Assembly: GCA_964476665.1 (NCBI GenBank)
Contig: CAYZBO010000005.1
Coordinates: forward strand, 1 to 60,592
DNA length: 60,592 bases
Source: an uncultured Chryseobacterium sp.
GTDB lineage: Bacteria > Bacteroidota > Bacteroidia > Flavobacteriales_F > PHOS-HE28
Direction: 5' to 3'
Shown here: piece after piece, positions 47,301-55,056 of the stretch
Position numbering within the stretch: the stretch's first letter is position 1
How the letters are laid out: every line of letters begins with the position of its first letter
Notes under the pieces: model-generated
The model's input: the letters and a program-made list of their open reading frames with translations, nothing else
The model's database searches: none
What the model was told of the DNA's origin: nothing
Made by a program: the position numbers and the translations under genes

Positions 47301-49785
47301 GTACGGTTGTGGAGGAGACGACGATCACGGTGTCATTCAGTTCCACAGCAGCGGTGGCATGGTCCAGGACTGCATCATTGATCTCACGCAATACGCAGCA
47401 TTCCATTTCCGGGGAAGCGCCAACCCCACTGTCCAGAACAACTTCATCAACAATGTCCTGTCCGATGCTCCTGTGTTGATGAGCGCGTTCGCCAACCCCA
47501 CGCTGCTGAACAATACGATAAGCAATGTGAGCACGTTCGCGATCAGGTTAAGAAGGGAGACGTGGAGCACCAGTGGAACGATACCCTTGAGGGCACTGGG
47601 GGGATACTATCCCATTCCCTATGTTGTCAATCAAAGCTTTTTCGGGTCGTCCTTTGAAATAACCAACAACGCGGTCATAACCATTCAACCCGGCACTGTG
47701 TTCAAGAGCGGAGGTTACACCATGTTCCGTGTGCAGAACGGAGGTAGACTGATGGTCGAAGGAACAGCCTCGGAACCGGTGGTATTCACGTCGATAAACG
47801 ATGATTCTGAGGGCTCTTTGGGGGACACCAATCAGGATGGCAATGCAACATCACCAAGCATCCTTGGTGCGAATGGTCACATTACGTTCGAGGGTACCAG
47901 CGATGACCTGAGCAGGATCGAACATGCACGCTTCAAGTTCATGGAAAAGCCGATCGTCTCCATCAATGCTCGGCCACGGATCCGCAACAGCAGCTTCCAG
48001 AGCTGCACCTATGGCATCGAAGCACGTGGTACCGAAGGCCCCTTCATGCCCTACAACACCTTCCACGACCTGAGCCAGACGCCGGTGCTCACCTCCATCC
48101 TGAGCATACCGGACAGCCTGATGGGCAACGTGATGACCGGGACCACCAAGAAGATGTTGCAATTGGATTCGGAAACCCTGTTGCAGGACCGCACCCTGCA
48201 CAAGCTGGATTTCGGCGATGTGAGCAATATCCCCTACTACATCGACGGTACTTTCACGGTGGGCACCAACGCCAACCTGAGCATTGCACCCGGTGTGCGG
48301 ATGAAGTTCGGCAGCGGTGGCCGCCTGGTGGTGAACCGCGGCCTGCTGGCCCTGGGTGGCCCCACACCGGACAGCCTGATCGTATTCACCCACGAGGCGG
48401 ACGACTTCTACGGCGGTGACAGCAACAGCAACGGGCCGGGTGCGGTGCCCAGCGGTGGCTGGCAGGGCATCACCTTCGAGAACGCAGCGGTGGACCCATC
48501 CTGTCTGCTGGACCACTGCGTGATCCGCTACGCCAACAGCAGTACCTACGGCGGGGTGCGCTGCAACAGTGCATCGCCCACCATCACCAATACCCGCTTC
48601 CAATTCTGCCACAGTGGTGTGCGCGCCGAGGGGGTGAGCAACCCGCTGGTGAACTGGTGCGACTTCCAGAGCCTCACTACGCAAGGGGTGAACAACGTGA
48701 GCCAGAACTTCAACATCAACGCGGAGAACTGCTACTGGGGCCACCCCAGCGGTCCCACGCACAGCGGCAACCCCGGCGGCACGGGCGTAAGCGTGACCAA
48801 CCAGGTGGACTACCTGCCCTTCCAGACCGGTCCCAACGCGCCACTGATGGGCGATGTGAGCCTGAACGGCACGGTGACGGCCTTCGATGCCTCACTGGTG
48901 CTGCAGAGCACGGTGAACCTGATCACCCTGAGCCCCCAGCAGGAGCTGGTGGCCGAGGTGAGCGGCAACGGCACGGTGACGGCCTTCGACGCCTCGCTGA
49001 TCCTGCAGTACACCGTGGGGCTCATCGACAACTTCCCGGTGACGCAGAACATAGGTGGTGGTGGCGGTGGCGGCATGCAGCAGATGAAGCTGCTCACCGA
49101 GCCGGCCACCCTGCTGCTGCCCAGCGTACAGGTGGCACCGGGCGACACCTTCTTCGTGGACGTGCTGCTGGGCGATGTGGCGAGCCTGCTGAGCCTGGAG
49201 GCCACCCTGGGCTACGATGCCGGCCTGCTGGAGCTGCTGGAGGTGGAGCCCCTGCTGCCGCTTTCCTTCAGCGCGCTGCATGCCACGCCCAGCCCGGGCA
49301 TCCTGATGCTCTCGGCGGCTTCGGCCTTCCCGCTCACCAGCGATGCGGCCGCGTTCCGCCTGCACTTCGTGGCCAACGCCACCGTGACGGAGAGCACCGC
49401 CAGCCTGCTGGACCCGCTGGTGGTGATCCTGGATGAGCAGGATGCCACGGCGCAGGCCCTGGCCGGCGAGGTGCTCATCACGCCCGGCATCACCACGAGC
49501 ATCATCGACGCATCCTCCCTGCCGCCCCTGGGCATCTACCCGAACCCCAGCACCGATGGCTTCACCGTGGTGTGGAGCGGTGCCACGGCGGGCGAAGCGG
49601 TGGAACTGCAGCTCTTCGACAACGCCGGTCGCATGGTATATGCCCTGCGCACCATGCCCGCACAGGGCAGCCGTGGCGTGGAGCTGCGGGTGGAGCGCGG
49701 CGCACTGGGCGGTGTGAGCGGCCTGCTCTTCGTGCGCTTGGCGCAGGGTGCGAACGTGGTGTGGGACCGGGTGGTGCTCCAGTAA
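44317..49785 (+). CDS. Giant secreted parallel beta-helix repeat protein with a dockerin module, a cohesin-like module and a T9SS type A sorting domain
   Basis: Signal peptide MTRSLFLIAAVALVLAGNAQ. There are many repeats of the pattern (V/I).F.G......I.N....G... and DD..G(D/N)(S/T)N.DG segments. See the sub-features for the C-terminal modules. Confidence 0.9.
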   Translation: MTRSLFLIAAVALVLAGNAQTNVSGTIASNTTWTTTGSPYTVTAQLTINAGVTLTIDPGVQVLMNSTSIQVNGTLDADDVDFAANGSPNGWNISVNNGGLATLTDCSMANGNQIGVSVGGTATLSGTGLTNLAINSGGTINMTGGAVTKPGSTAVTISGSATFNGTSISNSTTAVAVNAGTASFTGVIVGASTNAYTLSAGTTTIQSLTISGTTYPFTFNGPAALVNNGGHSISGNTFNVARTAFNTLSTNWTMPSLPIPWYMESSSTFTVNSGITWTIASNNIIKLGDSKQLAINGKVVANAAAGESIVFTSFRDDNQGGDSNGNGSGNAPSVGIWQGLRFSNLADPTSSLTRCTFFFAGESTTRGAVDVNTIAPSIVGCTFQLNRFGITLRNGSQALIQDCTIGSSTSTPIAMTLDCNPQFVNNTFSFIDNQYDAIGILTTTLTADNTLVQRNVTGINNVTYVLLGTIEIPAGRTLNIVPGIVIKATSSRDLMVAGTLNMLGTAGEPITFTSIADDNVGNPNDTNKDGNLSLPTTAANRPGGIGINTGATVALEHVNLRFCSSSTTVFGVGSWSPFINSWMVFDLGGSVSLQNCLLSDGTYGYQGSETSAAVFTNVTFQNLSQAPISIQAPANPSFTNVAFTNVGLRALGILGGTITVNGSLQQRTLAGFTNITQVLLGNLTVAAGTYLEVQPGVVLKVGQSASSIEVNGGFRLFGTAGQPVVITDWRDDAYGNPADTNEDGGNTSPNPGNWVGIRYNAAADDAYNSVQHTIIRFAGQGSCDAGARGAVTYVNAGGTMNNSTISSGMFGLVFIGNSDPAISTISIDNCRIDAFAQSWEATPALNNISLGNQNGSNGIRLLNATITSDLTIGPGFINGVGPVSYLSSELTVATGATLTILPGTNFKWGSQNYPNWSSCGSSCVYWTINGALVAVGTSGQPIVFTSFKDDSVDGDTNNDGNSSTPQATDGTRIVFTSTSNAALNQLRHCQLRYSSYGCGGDDDHGVIQFHSSGGMVQDCIIDLTQYAAFHFRGSANPTVQNNFINNVLSDAPVLMSAFANPTLLNNTISNVSTFAIRLRRETWSTSGTIPLRALGGYYPIPYVVNQSFFGSSFEITNNAVITIQPGTVFKSGGYTMFRVQNGGRLMVEGTASEPVVFTSINDDSEGSLGDTNQDGNATSPSILGANGHITFEGTSDDLSRIEHARFKFMEKPIVSINARPRIRNSSFQSCTYGIEARGTEGPFMPYNTFHDLSQTPVLTSILSIPDSLMGNVMTGTTKKMLQLDSETLLQDRTLHKLDFGDVSNIPYYIDGTFTVGTNANLSIAPGVRMKFGSGGRLVVNRGLLALGGPTPDSLIVFTHEADDFYGGDSNSNGPGAVPSGGWQGITFENAAVDPSCLLDHCVIRYANSSTYGGVRCNSASPTITNTRFQFCHSGVRAEGVSNPLVNWCDFQSLTTQGVNNVSQNFNINAENCYWGHPSGPTHSGNPGGTGVSVTNQVDYLPFQTGPNAPLMGDVSLNGTVTAFDASLVLQSTVNLITLSPQQELVAEVSGNGTVTAFDASLILQYTVGLIDNFPVTQNIGGGGGGGMQQMKLLTEPATLLLPSVQVAPGDTFFVDVLLGDVASLLSLEATLGYDAGLLELLEVEPLLPLSFSALHATPSPGILMLSAASAFPLTSDAAAFRLHFVANATVTESTASLLDPLVVILDEQDATAQALAGEVLITPGITTSIIDASSLPPLGIYPNPSTDGFTVVWSGATAGEAVELQLFDNAGRMVYALRTMPAQGSRGVELRVERGALGGVSGLLFVRLAQGANVVWDRVVLQ
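48850..49041 (+). other. Dockerin type I-like module (two EF-hand-like segments)
   Basis: GDVSLNGTVTAFDASLVLQSTV and EVSGNGTVTAFDASLILQYTVG both fit the D/E-x-S-x-N-G-x-V-x-x-x-D calcium loop followed by a helix. Confidence 0.75.
49087..49488 (+). other. Cohesin-like module
   Basis: LLLPSVQVAPGDTFFVDVLLGDVASLLSLEATLGYDAGLLELLEVE...AAFRLHFVANATVTES fits the cohesin pattern. It is separated from the dockerin by a Gly7 linker and followed by a T9SS tail (49528..49782: LGIYPNPSTDGFTVVW...LLFVRLAQGANVVWDRVVLQ). Confidence 0.6.
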
Positions 49786-49809
49786 GGCACGGCCACAACA
49801 GCCCCTGCC

Positions 49810-52359
49810 ATGAAGAAGCTCCTCACCTTCCTCGCCGCCGTGGCCGTGCTGGCCACGGCGCGCGCCCAGACCGTGAACATCGCGGCGGGCACCATCACCG
49901 GCCAGTTCCCCGGCGATGTGTTCGACCTGCCCATCACGGTGAACACCGACCTGACCGGCCTGAACGTGTTCAGCTTCCAGCTGAGCGTGAGCCGGCCATC
50001 GTTCTGCACCTTCCAGTCCATCATCGTGGAGCCGGGGGACCTGCTGCAGGCCTGGGGTACCCCGGCGGCCAGCGCGGGCACCAACGTGCTGGTGAGCGGT
50101 GCCGGTGCCGTGCCCCTGAGCGGCAGCGGCGTGCTGTTCCGTATCCGCTTCCAGGCCGTGACGAACGGCACCGCCACGGTATCCTTCACACCCACGGCCA
50201 GCAACTTCCTGAACGAGGGTACACCGGGGCTCGCCTTCATCAGCGGTTCGGTGCAGGTGCAGCCCTTCCCCACCATATCGGTGAGCCCCAGCTCGGCCGT
50301 GCAGGTCATCGGGGAGAGCCTTAGCCTGAGCGCGTCAGGCGGCCAGGCGCCCTACACCTTCAGCACGCTGCACCCGGCGGTGGGCACGGTGAGCGGTAAC
50401 CAGTGGAACGCCGTGGGCCAGGGCTTGGGCAAGGCCCAAGCCAATGACGCCAACAGCTTCAGTGGTGCCACCAGCGGCTGGTACGATGTGCGCACCTTCC
50501 AGATGGGCATCGGCAACGCCACGGGGCCGGTGACGCAGGAGCTGCGCGTACCGATCACCATGCAGAACCCCTCGGGCGCATCGTTCTTCTCCGGCGAGCT
50601 GCAGGTGAACGCCAGCACGCAGATCCAATTGAGCGGCGTGGATGTGCAGGGCTATTTGCTGGAGGGCGCCACGCTCTTCACCAACACGGCAGGAGGCAAC
50701 GTGCAACTGGCCTTCAGCGGCACAACGGCCATCACACCCGCAGCGGCCACGGACACCTTGTGCTGGCTGAAGTTCACCAAGGTGAACACTGCCAGCGGTG
50801 GCTTCTACTCGCTGAGCTATGGAAGTGCCTTGTTCGATGAGCTGCTGAACGCGCGCTTTGGCACGGGCAACGTCAACTTCCAGGCGCTGCCCAACATCAC
50901 CATCTCGCCCAACACGGCCACGCGGCAGGCGGGGCAGACGCAGCAGTTCACGGCATCGGCCGCTGCGGTGCCGCCGCTCACCTGGGGCGTGACGAACCCG
51001 GCGGTGGGCAGCGTCAACGCCAGCGGCCTGTTCACCGCCCTGAACGGCGGCACCACGCAGGTGACGGTGACGGACGCCATCGGCAACACCGCCACGAGTG
51101 GCACCATCAGCGTGCACGATGCGGTGCTGCAGATGGTGAGCGGGCAGGGGCCGGTGGGCGGGCAGGTTTGGGTGCCGGTGGTGCTGGGCCCCTCGGTGAA
51201 CAACGAGCAGGTGTTCTCCTACCAGCTCACCTTCGGGTTCAATGCGTCGCAGTTGTCATTCCAGGCCTGGGAGATCAACGGCACGTTGAGCAATGGATGG
51301 ACGCCGCTGGTGGTGCCGGGCACGGGGCAGGTGACGGTGGTGGCGGCGGGCGCCACGCCCTTCCAGCCGGGCGGGCTCATCGGCTTCCTGCGTTTCCAGC
51401 TGCAGCCGGGGTTCAACAACGGCCAGACATCGAGCGTCACCAGCGTGAGCCGCCTGTTCAACGAGGGCGATCCGGTGGTGATCCACCAGAACGGCACGGT
51501 GACGGCCAGCAACGGCGCATGTCCCACCAGCGGCTGCACCAACCCTTACGCCTGCAACTACGACCCGGCCGCCACGTGCGAGGATGGGAGTTGTGCGTTC
51601 AACCTGCCCTGCGCGGTGGGGGTGCAGGTGCGGGCCATGTTGGAAGGACCTTACGCCAGCGTTCCCGGCACCATGAACGATGCGCTGCGCAGTGCGGGGC
51701 TCATCCCCACTGCGGACCCCTACCCGGCACTGGGCTATGTGCACGTGGGTGCTGGCGGTGGTACCGTGGCACCAGCGGTGTTCAGCGTGGCGGGCAACAA
51801 TGCCATCGTGGACTGGGTTGTGCTGGAGTTACGGTCCGCAGGTGATGCCGCTGCGATCGTGGCCACACGGTCCGCCCTGGTGCAACGCGATGGGGATGTG
51901 GTGGCGCTGGACGGGGTCTCTCCCGTATCGTTCACCATGCCGCCGGGCAACTACTTCGTGGCCCTGCGGCACCGCAACCACCTCGGAGTGATGACCGCTG
52001 CACCGGTGACCCTGGGCGCTGTGCCGGCCGTGGTGGACTTCACTTCGGGCTCCACCACCACCTACGGCAGCGACGCTCAACGAGCGATCACCGGCACCTT
52101 CCCCACACGTGCGCTCTGGGCCGGCGATGTGGACCGCAACAACGTGGTGCGCTACACCGGCCCGGCCAACGACCGCGACCCCCTGCTCCAAGTCATCGGC
52201 GGCAGCGTGCCCACCAACACCACCACCGGCTACCTGCCGCAGGATGTGAACATGGACGGGGTGGTGCGCTACGTGGGCGCTGCCAACGACCGCGACCCCA
52301 TCCTGCAGACCGTGGGCGGCAGCATACCCACCAACACCCGCTCCGGCACCCTCCCCTGA
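49810..52359 (+). CDS. Scaffoldin-like secreted protein: three cohesin-like modules interleaved with two Big_2 Ig-like domains, then the shared C-terminal module
   Basis: Signal peptide MKKLLTFLAAVAVLATARAQ. The Big_2 domains are ISVSPSSAVQVIGESLSLSASGG.APYTFS and ITISPNTATRQAGQTQQFTASAA....WGVTNPAVGSVNASGLFTA. The gap to the upstream gene is 24 nt. Confidence 0.9.
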   Translation: MKKLLTFLAAVAVLATARAQTVNIAAGTITGQFPGDVFDLPITVNTDLTGLNVFSFQLSVSRPSFCTFQSIIVEPGDLLQAWGTPAASAGTNVLVSGAGAVPLSGSGVLFRIRFQAVTNGTATVSFTPTASNFLNEGTPGLAFISGSVQVQPFPTISVSPSSAVQVIGESLSLSASGGQAPYTFSTLHPAVGTVSGNQWNAVGQGLGKAQANDANSFSGATSGWYDVRTFQMGIGNATGPVTQELRVPITMQNPSGASFFSGELQVNASTQIQLSGVDVQGYLLEGATLFTNTAGGNVQLAFSGTTAITPAAATDTLCWLKFTKVNTASGGFYSLSYGSALFDELLNARFGTGNVNFQALPNITISPNTATRQAGQTQQFTASAAAVPPLTWGVTNPAVGSVNASGLFTALNGGTTQVTVTDAIGNTATSGTISVHDAVLQMVSGQGPVGGQVWVPVVLGPSVNNEQVFSYQLTFGFNASQLSFQAWEINGTLSNGWTPLVVPGTGQVTVVAAGATPFQPGGLIGFLRFQLQPGFNNGQTSSVTSVSRLFNEGDPVVIHQNGTVTASNGACPTSGCTNPYACNYDPAATCEDGSCAFNLPCAVGVQVRAMLEGPYASVPGTMNDALRSAGLIPTADPYPALGYVHVGAGGGTVAPAVFSVAGNNAIVDWVVLELRSAGDAAAIVATRSALVQRDGDVVALDGVSPVSFTMPPGNYFVALRHRNHLGVMTAAPVTLGAVPAVVDFTSGSTTTYGSDAQRAITGTFPTRALWAGDVDRNNVVRYTGPANDRDPLLQVIGGSVPTNTTTGYLPQDVNMDGVVRYVGAANDRDPILQTVGGSIPTNTRSGTLP
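49873..50265 (+). other. Cohesin-like module 1
   Basis: VNIAAGTITGQFPGDVFDLPITVNTDLTGLNVFSFQLSVS...SGVLFRIRFQAVTNGTATVSF. Confidence 0.6.
50488..50883 (+). other. Cohesin-like module 2
   Basis: VTQELRVPITMQNPSGASFFSGELQVNASTQIQLSGVDV...DTLCWLKFTKVNTASGGFYSLSY. Confidence 0.5.
51106..51510 (+). other. Cohesin-like module 3
   Basis: GGQVWVPVVLGPSVNNEQVFSYQLTFGFNASQLSFQAWEI...GGLIGFLRFQLQPGFNNGQTSSV. Confidence 0.5.
51622..52356 (+). other. Shared C-terminal module, copy B
   Basis: AMLEGPY...GLIPTADPYPALGY...AIVDWVVLELR...ALVQRDGDVVALDG...FVALRHRNHLGVMT...GDVDRNNVVRYTGPANDRDPLLQVIGG...DVNMDGVVRYVGAANDRDPILQTVGG. Confidence 0.85.
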
Positions 52360-52367
52360 TCGCGGCC
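52126..52367 (+). repeat. 242-bp highly similar tract, copy 2
   Basis: See 43033..43274. Confidence 0.85.
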
Positions 52368-52382
52368 ACCAGGAACACATGA

Positions 52383-52407
52383 CCCGACCACGTCTTTTTC
52401 ACCTTGT
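52383..52407 (+). promoter_or_regulatory. Conserved intergenic motif CCCGACCACGTCTTTTTCACCTTGT (copy 2), with a downstream -7-like TTGATTTG
   Basis: CACGT starts at 52389 and TTGATTTG is at 52427-52434, so it ends at +45. TTG at 52404-52406 gives a 20-nt spacer. The downstream CDS starts at 52540. Confidence 0.5.
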
Positions 52408-52539
52408 CATGGCCCGCTCCTGCATGTTGATTTGTCCCGCTGTGAACGCCGTACCACCCACCGCATGCCGCTCCCGCGGTACGCATGGATGATGCGGAGC
52501 GCACCGCACCCGAAGTAGAACGTTCAACCTCCCTTGGAA

Positions 52540-55038
52540 ATGTTCCGCAACACGACCCCGCAACGCCTCGGCCGCCTCTCCCTTCCTGCGCTGCTGGCCA
52601 CCCTCGGCGCCCTCTTCGGCCCGGAGGCGAGCCACGCCCAGCGGGTGCTGCCCTTCGGAGAAGGCAGCACAGGAGGCTTGGGCGCGTATGACATGATCGT
52701 GCACGAGGACCGGCTCTACGTCGCCGGGCTCTACACCTCCTTCCTGGGCAACCCCCGCCGCAACATCCAGGCGTGGGATGGAAGCACCTTCCACGACCTG
52801 CCGGGCGCCTTCACCAACGCACCCCAACGCGTGCGCGACCTGGCGGTGTTCAACGGTGAGGTGATCGCCACGGGGAACGAAGCCACGTTCGGACACGTGG
52901 CGCGCTGGGACGGTGCTGCCTGGCAGACCATGGGCAGCGGCCTGGCCGCACAAGGCCGCGCGCTCTGCATCCACAACAACGAACTCTACGCGGCCGCGAA
53001 CGATGGTTCCGTGAGCCGGTGGGACGGCGGCGCCTGGCAGCCCGTGGGGGCGGCCTTCAACGGGGCCGTGGCTTCCCTGGAGTCGCACAACGGCGCGTTG
53101 TACGCCGGCGGCGCGTTCGACTTCGATGTGGACTCCACCCAGCAATTGCGGCGGCTGGTGCGATGGACCGGTGCCGTCTGGGAGGAAGTGGGCACCGGCT
53201 TGAACGCATCCGTGTCCGACATGCTATCCACCCCCGAGGGTCTCGTGGTGACCGGCTCCTTCAGCACCGCAGGCGACGGCACCCTGCAACTGCCCCGGTG
53301 GACGGTCTATGATGGCGCCACGTTCTCACAGCCTACGGACTCCATTCCAGGTACGCAGATCGAAGCCGTATGCGCGCATCCCGATGGCGGCATCCTGCTC
53401 GGCAACAGCTCTGCTGCGCTTTGGGTGAACAACAACGAGGTGCGCGCCATCCGCTACCGATCGCTGCGCGCGGCAGTCAACTTCGGCGGCGAACGGCTGA
53501 TCGGTGGCTTGAGCAGTATCTCCTACTCCGATGTGGGCATTGTGGGTCGCCTGCTGGATGGCAACGACCTGGACCACCTGAACGTGAACCAGCTTAAAGC
53601 CGACGCCACCCCGTCCACGAACCTGTTCTTCGACCCGTGGAATAACAGGCCAGGATTCGAAGCGCCACAGGGTAGCGGGGTGTATGCCATCTACTCCGCT
53701 TCTCCTTGGGTCACCGGCTTCCACAACGGTACGATGCACAGCGCGGCCCCCACCTACGACAACCAACCCGCACCCACTGCGGGGCCGCACGCTGCGGTGA
53801 TGGATGCCGATTTCTACGAGCGCTACTACCAGGTATGGAAGCTGGACCAGGCCACCATCGCCCAGCATGCCCAGCAATGGGACCAGAGCGGCTATGTGAT
53901 GCCGTATGCCATCACCACCTGGCCGGGCAATGGCAATGTGGACAACGGCGAGCCGGCCCGGTTGGCGCCCTTCAAGGACCTGGACAACGACGGGCTGTAT
54001 GAACCAGCCAGCGGCGAATACCCCTTGATCCGCGGCGACCAGGCCGTCTATTTCATCCTCCACAGCGAGCAGGATGCCGACAGCCTACATCCGCCCATGC
54101 AGTTGGACCTGCATGTGATGCACTACGCCTACAACACGGCGGGCAATGCGGACCTGCAGCACACGGTCTTCACCAACTACCGCATCGTGAACCGCGGCGA
54201 CCTGGACTTTACCGGCGTTCGCTTTGGCGCCTTCACCGACATGGATCTGGGCTATGACAGCGATGATCTTGCCGGCTGCGATTCGCTGCTCGGGCTGTTC
54301 TTCAACTACAACGGCGATGGGCTGGATGAGCCCGGCTTCGGGTCGCCCGGTTATGGTGCGAACATACCCGCACAGGGCGTGCTCTTCCTGAACCAGGCCA
54401 TGAGCGCGCACAACGCCATTTGTCGTTCAGCGGGCTTCGTTACCCCTTTGGAGGATGCAATCTATGGCACCTTTCAAGGAGCCCCCTTCGCCCAACCCTT
54501 GAGCCCACTGGACCACCCCACACACTTCGAGTACCCAGGCGGGGCATGGGTGGACCAACTCAACAGCTGCTCCGGTCGGTATGCCGTGGGCTCCTCCGGT
54601 CCCTTCACGCTCAACGCCGGCGACACCTTGTGCGTGGACCTGGCCTACCCCTGGGCACGTGCGGCCAGCGGCGATCCGCTGGAAAGCCTGGAAGCGCTCC
54701 GCACCCGGGCGCAGGCGGTGAAGAACTGGTACCAGGCCCAGGCCTGGGATTGCGGGGAGGTGGAGGACATCATCACCCGCCTCGATGATATGGGCAGCAC
54801 AACCGGGCTGAAACTCCATCCCAATCCGGCGAACAGCTGGGTGGTGGTGGAGCGCGGTGAATGGAATGGCCCAGCGAGATTCCACTTGATGGATGTCTCG
54901 GGCCGTTCATTGCTGGACCAAAGCGGCAACGGGCCATCGGTGACGCTTGATCTGGCCGGCATCGCCCCCGGCAGCTACCTCGTGGTGGTGGACGATGGCA
55001 CACAGCGCCACACCCGCACCCTGGTGATCACCCACTGA
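52540..55038 (+). CDS. Secreted protein with N-terminal Kelch/propeller-like repeats and a T9SS type A sorting domain
   Basis: ATG at 52540 gives MFRNTTPQRLGRLSLPALLATLGALFGPEASHAQ. The (R/A)WDG.(A/T)W...G motif is repeated. The C-terminus is LKLHPNPANSWVVVERG...GSYLVVVDDGTQRHTRTLVITH. The track start at 52534 is a TTG. Confidence 0.85.
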   Translation: MFRNTTPQRLGRLSLPALLATLGALFGPEASHAQRVLPFGEGSTGGLGAYDMIVHEDRLYVAGLYTSFLGNPRRNIQAWDGSTFHDLPGAFTNAPQRVRDLAVFNGEVIATGNEATFGHVARWDGAAWQTMGSGLAAQGRALCIHNNELYAAANDGSVSRWDGGAWQPVGAAFNGAVASLESHNGALYAGGAFDFDVDSTQQLRRLVRWTGAVWEEVGTGLNASVSDMLSTPEGLVVTGSFSTAGDGTLQLPRWTVYDGATFSQPTDSIPGTQIEAVCAHPDGGILLGNSSAALWVNNNEVRAIRYRSLRAAVNFGGERLIGGLSSISYSDVGIVGRLLDGNDLDHLNVNQLKADATPSTNLFFDPWNNRPGFEAPQGSGVYAIYSASPWVTGFHNGTMHSAAPTYDNQPAPTAGPHAAVMDADFYERYYQVWKLDQATIAQHAQQWDQSGYVMPYAITTWPGNGNVDNGEPARLAPFKDLDNDGLYEPASGEYPLIRGDQAVYFILHSEQDADSLHPPMQLDLHVMHYAYNTAGNADLQHTVFTNYRIVNRGDLDFTGVRFGAFTDMDLGYDSDDLAGCDSLLGLFFNYNGDGLDEPGFGSPGYGANIPAQGVLFLNQAMSAHNAICRSAGFVTPLEDAIYGTFQGAPFAQPLSPLDHPTHFEYPGGAWVDQLNSCSGRYAVGSSGPFTLNAGDTLCVDLAYPWARAASGDPLESLEALRTRAQAVKNWYQAQAWDCGEVEDIITRLDDMGSTTGLKLHPNPANSWVVVERGEWNGPARFHLMDVSGRSLLDQSGNGPSVTLDLAGIAPGSYLVVVDDGTQRHTRTLVITH

Positions 55039-55056
55039 CACAAGATCCCGGCACCC

